This document shows, one piece after another, positions 20,922-31,022 of a stretch of 64,000 nucleotides of DNA. Positions within the stretch are counted from its first letter, which is position 1; each line of letters begins with the position of its first letter. This DNA is from a candidate division WOR-3 bacterium (GTDB taxonomy: Bacteria > Hydrothermota > Tepidihabitantia > SM23-42 > JAOAFX01). Position numbers and translations under genes: made by a program. The stretch is taken from assembly GCA_037444665.1 (NCBI GenBank), contig JBBILZ010000004.1, positions 11,746 through 75,745 of the forward strand, read 5' to 3'. The notes under the pieces were generated by a model. The model worked only from the letters and a program-made list of their open reading frames with translations, was not told where the DNA came from and did not search any database.

Positions 20922-21929
20922 TCAATATTTGGTCAGATAATGTTTAGCAAAATATGGCATCGGTAAAAACAATATAATAATTAGAAGAAGAATAAGCCAA
21001 AGGCGTTTTGGGTTTTTTCGCACAATGTATAAGATGCCGCAATAGAGTGGGATAATGGTTATGCCAGCGAGGATGAGAAGTCCCGGAGTCGCAAGGAATT
21101 CCTGCAGCAATTCTAATGGATTACCGCCAATCAAAGCTGCAAGTAGTATTAGAACTACACCCAAAATAAGTCCTTTCAGATGCCCACCCTGGTATGGATA
21201 CAGGTCATTACTCATACCTGTTTTCTGCCGAACTTCCTTCTTTTTTGTTTTCACTGTATAAAGTATGCTGGCGAGAACAAGGACGATGAAGAAATAAGTA
21301 GCAGGTATCCAAAATCCTCCCGCAATACCTAAGGCAAGTGGGAAAAATATTATAAATATAATTAGCAGAAGGGGTAGAATTGTTGGCGAACTTTCTGAAT
21401 GTTTGAAGACATACTTGAATATCCTTCGTGTCACCCAGATAATAAGCCAGGCGAAGATGACAATCCATGGCATGACAATCTCTAAGTATGAGATAAAGTA
21501 GTCCCAGTAGTCTGACTCTTCTCCTATCAGTTCAGGGAATAACCATTTGATTAGTTTATCTCCCCATTTTCTAATAAACAGAATCTTAAGTAGCAAAAGC
21601 AGCAATACCCATACCCACCAAACTCCCCAGTAACTCCAAACGATGTGCGCAGGAACCGCCCACATTTCAAAAAGAAACGGAACAGAGCTCATCACATAAA
21701 AAACGCAATAGAACAAAATTGCAAAAAAAGGATAAAAGAATGAATTGCCCCATGATTCTTTATCAAACCAGCGGATCAAAAACGGTCCTAAAACAGTGAC
21801 ACTAACATGTGAAAGTAATGCCATTCCGACTGCCCCTCTAATATACAATACAACACCGATGGGGATTACAAGAAGATTAAGGAGCGATGCTATAAAGAAC
21901 CCTATTTCAGGATTATCCTTCTTTTTCAT
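20922..21929 (-). CDS. Polytopic integral membrane protein, hypothetical
   Basis: It has about 8-10 TM segments, is W-rich, and belongs to no named family. Confidence 0.4.
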   Translation of the reverse strand: MKKKDNPEIGFFIASLLNLLVIPIGVVLYIRGAVGMALLSHVSVTVLGPFLIRWFDKESWGNSFFYPFFAILFYCVFYVMSSVPFLFEMWAVPAHIVWSYWGVWWVWVLLLLLLKILFIRKWGDKLIKWLFPELIGEESDYWDYFISYLEIVMPWIVIFAWLIIWVTRRIFKYVFKHSESSPTILPLLLIIFIIFFPLALGIAGGFWIPATYFFIVLVLASILYTVKTKKKEVRQKTGMSNDLYPYQGGHLKGLILGVVLILLAALIGGNPLELLQEFLATPGLLILAGITIIPLYCGILYIVRKNPKRLWLILLLIIILFLPMPYFAKHYLTKY

Positions 21930-22264
21930 TTAAATAACTCCATTACGCTACAAAAAACAAATATATTGTTACATTTTCGAATCTTGAATCTCATTGAACA
22001 CGGTTTCCTTTGGCCATTATTTTTATCTTACCTAAATTCTAACAGATTTCAAGTATCTGTTTTAAATCAAAATTTTTTACTAAAATTAAACTATCTTCAA
22101 TTACCTTCTGCTGGTTCAGAAAATCATAGATAACATAATCATCGATTTTAGACCTCAAAACCTCATAGTTCAGACCCCCCAAAAAATAAATCTTTACGAC
22201 CCCAAAATCCAATTAGAATATAAGAAAAAACCCACAAATTCCAAAATTTCAATAATATTATTTT

Positions 22265-22320
22265 TTTTCTCGTTTTCTCGTGAAAACGAGAAAAGGTTGA
22301 AATTCCATAAGAAATCAATC
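22265..22320. repeat. Palindromic repeat element, copy B
   Basis: The sequence is ttttctcgttttc tcgt gaaaacgagaaaa followed by ggttgaaattccataagaaat. It is a perfect 13-bp stem. Confidence 0.5.
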
Positions 22321-22336
22321 TCGCTAACTCCAGATT

Positions 22337-23176
22337 TTATTCTGACCTTTGCCAGGACATCATCTTCAGTCTTTTAGTTTCTACAAATCCGGCATTTTTA
22401 TATAACTCATGTGCCGGATGATTTGATTCAAAGACACCCAAACTTATACTTGAAAATCCTTTCTCCTTTAAATTTATTATTACCTTGTGCAAAAGCGCCT
22501 TTCCATATCCCCTCCCCTGCATTTCTGGATGAACCATAATATCAAGTATCTCGGGCTTGTCATCTTCAATACAAATAACAACTCCTACATATTTAGATTC
22601 CACTTTTCCAACAAAACCAGAACTTTTTTCCTTAAAAATTTGTTTTATTGACTCAGAGCAATATATATCTAAAAACTCTCTCTGAACCAATTTTTGATAA
22701 AAATCATTTTTATAACAAAATTTTTTTAATTCACAAATAAACCTTGAATGCTCCTCATTTATGTTTTCAAACTCCAATATGGGAACAGTCATTTTTTTAT
22801 AATGTGCAATATCTAATACCATCATAATATCTGCATCATATTTAAAGCCAAATTTTTCTAATATCGGAAAATAGTCTTTCAAATTCTGAAAAACTGCAAT
22901 ACCTGAAATTTGGGGCTTCTGGATAAAGAATTTAATAAACGATAAAAAAGGTTCTTCTTCTGATGAGAAATTAAAATAACGGAATATCTCAAGTTTACGA
23001 TATTTCAATTCAACAATTAGGAGCCCAAAATTTTGTGCACCCTTCTTGGCGAGATAGAAATGGCAGTAAGGATTTTCACAAAAAGACTTGAGATAATATT
23101 CTTCATTCGGCGCAGGATTTATGAGTGGCAAAATTGATTCCAAAAACTTTTCTCTTTCAATCTCATAAATATCCAT
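22337..23176 (-). CDS. GNAT family acetyltransferase with an N-terminal domain of unknown function
   Basis: The C-terminal part carries a GNAT motif A (MQGRGYGKALL). Confidence 0.55.
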   Translation of the reverse strand: MDIYEIEREKFLESILPLINPAPNEEYYLKSFCENPYCHFYLAKKGAQNFGLLIVELKYRKLEIFRYFNFSSEEEPFLSFIKFFIQKPQISGIAVFQNLKDYFPILEKFGFKYDADIMMVLDIAHYKKMTVPILEFENINEEHSRFICELKKFCYKNDFYQKLVQREFLDIYCSESIKQIFKEKSSGFVGKVESKYVGVVICIEDDKPEILDIMVHPEMQGRGYGKALLHKVIINLKEKGFSSISLGVFESNHPAHELYKNAGFVETKRLKMMSWQRSE

Positions 23177-23233
23177 TTTTTTAAATCCATTTATAAAGGC
23201 TATGATACAATCTCAATGTTATTAATTGACTCA

Positions 23234-23464
23234 TCATATCCCCTCAATCATTACCACCTTGTCCCTTGATTTTTCGCCTTTTATGATTCTTATTGCGCTC
23301 TTTTTCACATTGAAATACTCAGCAAGGACCTCGATCAAAATTTTATTTGCCTTGCCTTCAACAGGTGGGGTAGTGATTTTTATTTTCAAGTAATCTGGCA
23401 TTTGTATAACTTCATTCTTCTTTGCATTAGGCACAACCTTTATATTTACTATCTTCACCATCAT
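23234..23464 (-). CDS. DUF167 (YggU/UPF0235) family protein
   Basis: The ~75-aa sequence has the KANKILIEVLAEYF...IIKGEKSRDK pattern. Confidence 0.55.
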   Translation of the reverse strand: MMVKIVNIKVVPNAKKNEVIQMPDYLKIKITTPPVEGKANKILIEVLAEYFNVKKSAIRIIKGEKSRDKVVMIEGI

Positions 23465-23650
23465 TCCTCATCTCTTTAACTATAATGTAGTTCTAAGCAT
23501 AAATCCTTATCAATTTTGTTAATTATATATGCTTAGTAAAAAAAGTCAATGCCCAGAAAAAAATACGCGACTAAAGTCGCTACTCTGGAATAAAAGTAAA
23601 TTGTAATAGTTTAGCCACCCTGAAATTGTAGTTACTTGATTTATCAAGCA

Positions 23651-23676
23651 CCAAAAAGAGCCCAATGAATTGGGCA
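23651..23676 (-). terminator. Rho-independent terminator downstream of the tspO-like gene
   Basis: On the minus strand the sequence is gcccaattcattgggc followed by tctttttgg. Confidence 0.45.
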
Positions 23677-23764
23677 ACTACATTGATTTAATTCCATTTT
23701 TTAGAATGCCTAACCTATTACAGTAAATTTCTGGTTTAAGTGGTCAACAATGAGTCAACTTTTT

Positions 23765-24238
23765 TCAATTCAAAAACATTATCCAGCCATTTAAGACAGA
23801 AGCAAAACTTACCCAGAGTATATAAGGAATAAGTAAGTATGCAGCCGGTGGGGAAACCCTGAAAAATAAAATTATTGTGAACAATATCGCCAGCCAGAGA
23901 ATGACAATATCAATAAAACCTAACACTGGCGAACGGAGCCCGAAAAAGAAAACAGACCACAGGATATTCAGAACCAGCTGCACAACAAAAACTATAAAGG
24001 CAATCTTCACACCAGGATAAGAAAAGCCTTTATGCCAGACAAAATAGAGTGCAATGCCCATAAGGATGAATAGTGTTGTCCAGACCGGTCCAAAGACCCA
24101 ATTTGGTGGATTGATGACAGGTTTATTTATACTCAGATACCAGGTGGCAACCGATTGCCTTGTGGCAAAAGAACCAATAAAGCCTGCCCCAAGGCATATT
24201 ACTAATGAAATAACAAATTTTATGATATCAAATTTCAT
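23765..24238 (-). CDS. tspO: TspO/MBR (tryptophan-rich sensory protein) family
   Basis: It has five TM helices and NPPNWVFGPVWTTLFILMG. Confidence 0.8.
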   Translation of the reverse strand: MKFDIIKFVISLVICLGAGFIGSFATRQSVATWYLSINKPVINPPNWVFGPVWTTLFILMGIALYFVWHKGFSYPGVKIAFIVFVVQLVLNILWSVFFFGLRSPVLGFIDIVILWLAILFTIILFFRVSPPAAYLLIPYILWVSFASVLNGWIMFLN

Positions 24239-24247
24239 AATAACCTC

Positions 24248-24994
24248 CTATTTTACTTCTACTGATGCATTTGGATCAAAGGGATTGGTTCTGAGTGCCA
24301 GAGAATACAGATAAGGATAATCCTTTTTTAGATGTTCAACATATCTGAGCCATTCTTCAATCAGAATTTGATATATGCGAATAATATCTTTTGATAGATG
24401 CTGGTAATCGGCATCGGATAAGTCAGTCAATTTTTTCCGGTATATTAATTCTTCTGTCAGATGGAATACTGCCCAGAGAAGATTGGTGAATGTTTCGTGT
24501 TCAAGTAGATTGGGATTTTCTAATAGGGTGAGAAGAAAGTCCTTTTTTGATTGGAGAAAATTCCGGAGTCTCTCAAGATCTACATTTTTTGCATCAATCT
24601 TAAAATTATGATTCTGTAAATTGTTTTTGAACTGTATGAAATCCCTATCTGTCCAATCCCGGTCAATGACAATATCCTTTACAATTTCCTGAGAATTTTC
24701 ATCAAATCCTGCATACATTCTCACCAGTTCATTTCCGACTTCACTGAAGAACACTCCTACAACCATATTCAACTTCTGAAGCAGCGTTTGCTTTTCGCGA
24801 TAATGGAGTAAACGGTGTATCACAAGTGTAACAAGCAAAACCTCAATAAAGACAAAGGCAATATCGCCAATCAGATAGATAAATATATGATGAGGGTCAC
24901 GGAAGATTAGATAGTGCACAAAATAGGCAATAATACTCAGTAAAATCAGGATTATTCCGAAGACCACCTGCCAATCAAAAAATTTCTTTGCCAC
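24248..24994 (-). CDS. Hypothetical membrane-anchored protein (2 N-terminal TM helices)
   Basis: It is a clean ORF with no named family. Confidence 0.3.
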   Translation of the reverse strand: MAKKFFDWQVVFGIILILLSIIAYFVHYLIFRDPHHIFIYLIGDIAFVFIEVLLVTLVIHRLLHYREKQTLLQKLNMVVGVFFSEVGNELVRMYAGFDENSQEIVKDIVIDRDWTDRDFIQFKNNLQNHNFKIDAKNVDLERLRNFLQSKKDFLLTLLENPNLLEHETFTNLLWAVFHLTEELIYRKKLTDLSDADYQHLSKDIIRIYQILIEEWLRYVEHLKKDYPYLYSLALRTNPFDPNASVEVK

Positions 24995-25006
24995 GGCTGA
25001 GCCTCC

Positions 25007-25276
25007 TTAAATTCCTAAAAATGCAAGGATGCCGATGATAATAAATATGGCACCTGCAATATAAGAAATCATCCGACGATTAAGTTTTTCCATAATAAAT
25101 TTACCAAGATACACCGCAAGCAAAGACAATATTGCCAGAGCAAAGATTACGCCTAAGAAGACGAGCACACCATTATATTTTGTCGCAAACAATCCTGCAG
25201 CAATCTGTGTCTTATCACCCAGTTCAGCAAGGACTATGGTGATGAAAGGAACAATAAAATCTGCAAACATAGCCAT
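25007..25276 (-). CDS. UPF0016 (GDT1/TMEM165) family half-size membrane protein
   Basis: It is 89 aa with three TM helices and the E-x-G-D-K-T motif (ELGDKTQ). Confidence 0.6.
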   Translation of the reverse strand: MAMFADFIVPFITIVLAELGDKTQIAAGLFATKYNGVLVFLGVIFALAILSLLAVYLGKFIMEKLNRRMISYIAGAIFIIIGILAFLGI

Positions 25277-25732
25277 CTAATTACTATTACCAAGAGGCCG
25301 AACTTTTTCCCATTTTTCAATACCGCCCGAGATCTTTTTGAAGATTTTATTAACTCTTATCCTTGTGTGGTTATTAAATTCCTGGCATCTTTTTCTATCC
25401 CTGTTCTGTAATTTACACCTTAATAATTTTAACTCGTATTCTATCTGCCCTTTTGTAACTGGAATTTTTTCTTTTATCTTCGCATCGGTTTTTAAAATCT
25501 TCTTAACATCAAAATTATACCCGCGCTTCTTTGCTTCTTTAGCGACTTCCAGAAGATAAAGCCCAAGCATTTCTATTGGGTCTTTTGTTTTTTTAAAACG
25601 GATAAGTTGAGGATGGTTCTTATAACCACGGGTCTTGCCCATAAGAACCTTCTGGGCAAGCAATCCTTCACGCCATAAGGCAAGCAACCCTTTTGTATCA
25701 AGGTAAACAGGATGTAAAGTCCACAATCTCAC
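25277..25732 (-). CDS. Pyrimidine dimer DNA glycosylase (T4 endonuclease V-like) family protein
   Basis: It starts MRLWTLHPVYLDTKGLLALWREGLLAQKVL...NHPQL, which is typical of the Pyr_excise family. Confidence 0.55.
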   Translation of the reverse strand: MRLWTLHPVYLDTKGLLALWREGLLAQKVLMGKTRGYKNHPQLIRFKKTKDPIEMLGLYLLEVAKEAKKRGYNFDVKKILKTDAKIKEKIPVTKGQIEYELKLLRCKLQNRDRKRCQEFNNHTRIRVNKIFKKISGGIEKWEKVRPLGNSN

Positions 25733-26235
25733 AGTGATTCAGGGTCAACAAATAAATCCACCCAGGGAAGTTTATAGGTAAAAACAATATATAGCAATGC
25801 TGAAACAATCAATAGTGCGATAATCGCGACTTTAAAATTCTTTGTAAAGTCATTCTTTTCAAGATTCTTCTCTATTAAACCGGCGATGATTCCAGCAATG
25901 TATGTTACGACGATCGCCCAGAATACCTCTAAAATTGCTAATGTAAGTTTACCATAAAGTGCTGGAACTAAATACCAGACAAGAAAAATTATCCAGGGAA
26001 TAACAATCGCTGAAAATAGCCTGGGAAACCAGAAATTTTTTGTATTTTTCTTGATAAGAATATATTCCACAACGCTGGTGATGAGATATGCCCAGAATGC
26101 CATTTTCAGATGCTGGAATATTGATTCATTTATTCCGCAAAAAGGTATTAGAAAACGCCATTGTGTCCAGTCATAGCCAAAATGTAGTAAAGAAAAGAAC
26201 ACAAGATAAAGTATTGATTTAATAAAGATATTCAT
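25729..26235 (-). CDS. Hypothetical membrane protein
   Basis: It has four or five TM helices. Confidence 0.3.
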   Translation of the reverse strand: MNIFIKSILYLVFFSLLHFGYDWTQWRFLIPFCGINESIFQHLKMAFWAYLITSVVEYILIKKNTKNFWFPRLFSAIVIPWIIFLVWYLVPALYGKLTLAILEVFWAIVVTYIAGIIAGLIEKNLEKNDFTKNFKVAIIALLIVSALLYIVFTYKLPWVDLFVDPESL

Positions 26236-26323
26236 AGACAGCAAATTTTATCCGTATTTTTTTATATGTCAACTGTGTAATATTACTCAAAAATTCCTTA
26301 TAGAAAGCTAATGCATTTAATTA

Positions 26324-27673
26324 TTATTTTTTACTTTGTTTTCTTACTTTTCTTATCTTTCGCAGAACAGTGCCGGTGATACTTTTTTCGCGTGGAGAAA
26401 CAACTGGTTCAATTTCTTCAACCTCTTTGCCTGTATCAACCTTAATTGACGGACTTTTAGTTACAGCAAGAACTTGGGATGGATAGACACTTCTATGTCC
26501 GGTCATTAAATAACTTATCACGCAGGAGACCGCGGCATAAGGGGCAATCTTGGCACCAAACATTTCTACTGCCATAATACTTGCCGCAATAGGTGTATTG
26601 GCTGCACCAGCCAGCAGACTCACAAACCCCAGGGCAGAGAATGTAGCAATATCAAGATGGAAAATATTAGCAAAAAGCATGCCTGAGGTTGCACCGATGA
26701 AGAATATTGGTGTAACCACTCCACCACTGCCGCCAAAATTTAGTGTAATTGATGTAAATATCATCTTTAATAAAAATGCGAAAATAAAAACTTCCTTTCC
26801 GGCAAGGCAGTTTTCTATTGTCTCAAGTCCAAGACCAAAATACTCTCTTGAGACAAAAAAACCAAAAATGATGAGTGGGACACCACCAATAATGCCTTTC
26901 AATGGTTTATAGATATTTATTCTTTCTGAAAGGTACTTACCATATCTCATTATCTCAATGAACAACATTGAACAGAGTCCGAAAAAGACACCACCAAGCA
27001 CAATCTTCAAGAAAAAAGATTCACTAAAAACAGGGACAAATCCAAATGGATGATAAAAATACCTTACACCAAGAGAATAAGAAATATGATAACTTGTCAT
27101 ACCAGCGATGAATGAAGGCAACAGTGCCTCATATAGCAAATCCCCGATAAAGAGAACCTCAACTCCAAAGATTGCACCGGCGATTGGTGTTCCGAAGACC
27201 GAGGCAAAACCAGCACTGATGCCACATATTACAAACCTTTTTCTATCAATATCATCAAATCTAAAAATATCAGCAAAGAACGAACTGAGCCCGGCACCAA
27301 TCTGGGCACAGGGACCTTCCTTACCTGCAGAACCACCAAAGGCAATAGTAATGACCGAGGCAATGAGTTTAATCGGAACCACCAGGATATTTATCTTTCC
27401 TGCTCGCTTATGGACTGCTTCAATGACCTTCTCTGTGCCGTGTCCCTCTGCCTCGGGTGCCAGATATTGAATCAATAATGCGCTTACTACAAATACTACA
27501 GGGATGAAAAAATAATAATATGGAAAACTACCAGCCCAAACCGTAGTCCAGTTCAATGACTTCAAGAAAACAGTCGTGGATAAACCAACGATTACGCCAA
27601 TGAATGTAGCGAGCACCACCCATTTGAGGACGGCGATAAATAATAGAATTTCTTCAGCAAATTTACTCTTCAT
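26324..27673 (-). CDS. ClC family voltage-gated chloride channel / H+-Cl- antiporter
   Basis: It carries the GSAGKEGP selectivity motif and a multi-TM layout. Confidence 0.8.
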   Translation of the reverse strand: MKSKFAEEILLFIAVLKWVVLATFIGVIVGLSTTVFLKSLNWTTVWAGSFPYYYFFIPVVFVVSALLIQYLAPEAEGHGTEKVIEAVHKRAGKINILVVPIKLIASVITIAFGGSAGKEGPCAQIGAGLSSFFADIFRFDDIDRKRFVICGISAGFASVFGTPIAGAIFGVEVLFIGDLLYEALLPSFIAGMTSYHISYSLGVRYFYHPFGFVPVFSESFFLKIVLGGVFFGLCSMLFIEIMRYGKYLSERINIYKPLKGIIGGVPLIIFGFFVSREYFGLGLETIENCLAGKEVFIFAFLLKMIFTSITLNFGGSGGVVTPIFFIGATSGMLFANIFHLDIATFSALGFVSLLAGAANTPIAASIMAVEMFGAKIAPYAAVSCVISYLMTGHRSVYPSQVLAVTKSPSIKVDTGKEVEEIEPVVSPREKSITGTVLRKIRKVRKQSKK

Positions 27674-27735
27674 ATATTTTCATAATCTTTTTTGTCACAA
27701 CCTCACGATTTACATTGTATTTTTGCAAGGTTTCT

Positions 27736-28773
27736 TTAAATTTCTTTTTCTTTATTTTCAAGATAGACTGTTCTTATCGGATATGGTATTGTTATATTTT
27801 CTTTTTTGAAACGCTTGTGTAAGCGTTTTACGAACTCATGCTTAAGCAAATATTGATTAGCGAATTCTTCACAGCGCAGAATCACCGTGAAATTTATGCT
27901 AAAATCACCAAAGGTATGATAACGAATAAAAGGTTCAAAGTCTTTTACCGCACCGGGGACATCTCTCATTACTTCTTTTGCAACATCAACTACAATCTGC
28001 TCAACCTTTTCCAGGTCGCTTTCATAACTGACACCCACCTGGATTAAAACCGCCATCCCTTTTTCAGGTAAATAATAATTTTTAACGATGGTCTGGGCAA
28101 GTTTAGCATTGGGGATAATAATTAAATTATTGCTCAATTCTCTGATTGTAGTATTACGCCAGGTAATGTCAACAACATATCCCTCTTCCCTATTGCTCAA
28201 TTGAACATAATCGCCCGGTTTTAACTGCCTTGAAACAATAATCTGCAAGCCCGCAAAGAGATTACTCAGGGTATCCTGAAGTGCTAATGCTACAGCAAGC
28301 CCGCCAATACCAAGCCCAGCAAGGATTGGGGCGATAGAAATGCCCAGAGCATTGAGTATTATCAAAATCCCGATGATTAAGACAAAGACCCTTGTAATAT
28401 TGGTCAGAATAGTAGTCTTAGGAATTGCCTCTTTTATCCCTCCCGAAACCAAATCAACAAAACCAACCGCAATATTTGCAAGCACCATCGTAATAGAAAA
28501 GATTGTCAGGACAAGGAAGATTTTATTGACAATACTTAATGTTGGGACATCCACAACCAAGTGGGGAACTGCCAGGGATATTCCCGCAAGAATAAACCAG
28601 AAAATTATCCAACCCCGCAGGGAACGGATGATTATATCATCACCCTGCCATTTTGTCTTTTTCGCTATTCTGTGGAGCCAATTAAAAAGAATAAACTGGC
28701 ACAGAAAACCCAAAATGATTGAACCAAGCACATAGGATATTGGCAGAATATATTTAATTATTATCACTATCAT
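27736..28773 (-). CDS. Mechanosensitive ion channel (MscS family)
   Basis: TM helices are followed by an MscS beta domain (PGDYVQLSNREEGYVVDITWRNTTIR). Confidence 0.75.
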   Translation of the reverse strand: MIVIIIKYILPISYVLGSIILGFLCQFILFNWLHRIAKKTKWQGDDIIIRSLRGWIIFWFILAGISLAVPHLVVDVPTLSIVNKIFLVLTIFSITMVLANIAVGFVDLVSGGIKEAIPKTTILTNITRVFVLIIGILIILNALGISIAPILAGLGIGGLAVALALQDTLSNLFAGLQIIVSRQLKPGDYVQLSNREEGYVVDITWRNTTIRELSNNLIIIPNAKLAQTIVKNYYLPEKGMAVLIQVGVSYESDLEKVEQIVVDVAKEVMRDVPGAVKDFEPFIRYHTFGDFSINFTVILRCEEFANQYLLKHEFVKRLHKRFKKENITIPYPIRTVYLENKEKEI

Positions 28774-28836
28774 ACTTATTTATCATACTCAACAATTTCA
28801 ATATTTCAAGACCTAATTTATTTAGTGGCTCAAATG

Positions 28837-28864
28837 TTGATTTCAATTGGATTTTAAATATAAT
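28837..28864 (+). promoter_or_regulatory. Sigma70-like promoter (TTGATT, 16-nt spacer, TATAAT) for the ABC transporter operon
   Basis: The sequence ttgatttcaattggattttaaatataat is followed by the aaaggagg RBS. Confidence 0.4.
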
Positions 28865-28882
28865 TCCATTAAAGGAGGATTT

Positions 28883-30163
28883 ATGAGAAGAATGCTAATT
28901 ATCATTTTGTTACTTATTTCTGGAAGCATTGTTACTCTATCAAACAGTGGATGCAAATCAAAAGAGAATTTAATCAATTTACTCGTTGTCTGGGGCGGAG
29001 AAGAGTTGGAGAGTTTCAGGGCAATGATAAAGCCCTTTGAGGATTCCACTGGGTTTAAGGTCAATATTGAGGCAACCCGAGATATTAATGCAGTATTGGT
29101 AACACGACTGGAAGCAGGTAATCCACCAGATATGGCAAACCTTCCCAATCCTGGTGTGTTAAAAGAGTTTGCCCGGGAAAAGAAAATCCTGCCATTAGAC
29201 AATTTTGTTGATACAAATAGGTTGCTAAATGAATATGGCAAATACTGGGTGGAGTTAGGCAGTTATGATGGTAGGTTATATGGAATATTCATAAAGGCAT
29301 CATTAAAGAGCTTGATCTGGTATGCTCCAAAAAATCTTGCGAATTTTTGCAAGGAACCACCTAAAACCTGGGATGAGTTAATGACATTAACAGAAAAGAT
29401 TTCTCAAGCTGGTAAAATACCATGGAGTATTGGCTTGGAAAGTGGTTCAGCAAGTGGCTGGCCAGGAACAGACTGGATTGAAGACATTTTATTGCGCAGT
29501 GCCGGTGAAGAGATTTATGACAAATGGATAAATCACGAAATTTCCTGGCTCCATCCCGCAATAAAAACCGCCTGGCAAATCTTTGGCAAGATAGTCCGCA
29601 ATAAGAATTATTTATATGGCGGCACTAATGGCACGATTGCAACAAATTTTGGTGATGCAATAAATCCCCTTTTTACATCTCCTCCCGGGGCATACCTCCA
29701 TCGCCAGGCAATTTTTATTCAGGGCTTTATTCACACACAGTTTCCCGATTTAATTCCCGAAAAAGATTTTTCTTTCTTTTCTTTTCCACCCATTAAAAGC
29801 AACAGACCAAATCCTATGATTGTTGCTGCTGACTTATTTGTGGTCTTCAGAGATAAAAAGCCTGTGCGCGCATTAATAAATTATCTAACGAGTGCACGGG
29901 CACAGGAGATATGGGTAAAAAGGGGCGGAGCGATTGCCCCCAATAAACAGGTATCACTTGAATCATATCCAGACAAATTGAGTAAGAAGGCAGCAACAAT
30001 CTTTAATCAGACATCAATCTTCAGATTTGATGCCTCAGATATGATGCCTGCCAGTATGAACAATGCATTTTGTAAGGGTGTGATAGACTATGTTGCGGGC
30101 AAGGAACTTGACGAAATCCTTAAACATATTGAAAATATTGCCCTTGAATCTTATGGCAGGTAA
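28883..30163 (+). CDS. ABC transporter extracellular solute-binding lipoprotein (carbohydrate, family 1)
   Basis: It has a lipobox LSNSGC and the SBP_bac_1 layout. Confidence 0.7.
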   Translation: MRRMLIIILLLISGSIVTLSNSGCKSKENLINLLVVWGGEELESFRAMIKPFEDSTGFKVNIEATRDINAVLVTRLEAGNPPDMANLPNPGVLKEFAREKKILPLDNFVDTNRLLNEYGKYWVELGSYDGRLYGIFIKASLKSLIWYAPKNLANFCKEPPKTWDELMTLTEKISQAGKIPWSIGLESGSASGWPGTDWIEDILLRSAGEEIYDKWINHEISWLHPAIKTAWQIFGKIVRNKNYLYGGTNGTIATNFGDAINPLFTSPPGAYLHRQAIFIQGFIHTQFPDLIPEKDFSFFSFPPIKSNRPNPMIVAADLFVVFRDKKPVRALINYLTSARAQEIWVKRGGAIAPNKQVSLESYPDKLSKKAATIFNQTSIFRFDASDMMPASMNNAFCKGVIDYVAGKELDEILKHIENIALESYGR

Positions 30164-31022
30164 ACCTTATCATAAACCCTGTGAACCCTGGTTATATTTA
30201 GCACCTGCTCTTCTTTTTCTTATCTTCTATCTCATATATCCTACTTGCCACACCATATTTTTAAGTTTTATGGATAGATATGGAACTCACTTCGTGGGCA
30301 TCAACAATTTTCTAAAACTTTTTACGGAAAAGGGTAATCTCATTATATTAAGAAACAACCTGCTCTGGTTAATAACCTTTACCTCTATGACTGTCGGCCT
30401 GGGTTTTATAATTGCTTTTATCATAGAGAAAGTGCCGTTTGAATCCTTTTTTAAATCAGTCATCTTTATGCCCATGGCAATCTCATTCGTTGGTGCCGGT
30501 GTAATCTGGAAGTTTATGTATACATTTCGTCCAGAAGGAACAGAACAGATCGGATTTCTGAATATGCTTCTTGTTAGTCTAAATATAAAACCAGTTGCAT
30601 TCCTTGTTGATACATATTTGAATAATTTCGCTTTAATACTTGTCGGGATATGGATATGGACTGGTTTCTGTATGGTGATTCTCTCAGCAGCACTAAAAAA
30701 CATTCCTGATGAATTGATTGATGCTGCGCGTGTTGATGGGGCAAATGGATGGCAAGTCTTCTTTTATATTATTTTGCCCCTGGTCTGGCCTGTAATGGTG
30801 GCGGTGGCGACTACAATGGTAATAAATGTTCTAAAAATTTTTGATATTGTATATGTAATGACCAATGGTGATTATGGAACTGAAGTTATTGCCACTGGAA
30901 TGTATAAGCAGTTATTCCTGCACAGAAATCTGGGAATGGCAAGCGCCTTTGCGGTGATACTCCTGATAGCAATTCTTCCGGTCATAATCTTTAATCTAAA
31001 GAAACTTTTAAAGAATGAATAA
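30153..31022 (+). CDS. ABC transporter permease (MalF/UgpA-like)
   Basis: It has six TM helices and the EAA loop region (DELIDAARVDGA). Its start overlaps the SBP stop (ATGGCAGGTAA). Confidence 0.75.
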   Translation: MAGKPYHKPCEPWLYLAPALLFLIFYLIYPTCHTIFLSFMDRYGTHFVGINNFLKLFTEKGNLIILRNNLLWLITFTSMTVGLGFIIAFIIEKVPFESFFKSVIFMPMAISFVGAGVIWKFMYTFRPEGTEQIGFLNMLLVSLNIKPVAFLVDTYLNNFALILVGIWIWTGFCMVILSAALKNIPDELIDAARVDGANGWQVFFYIILPLVWPVMVAVATTMVINVLKIFDIVYVMTNGDYGTEVIATGMYKQLFLHRNLGMASAFAVILLIAILPVIIFNLKKLLKNE

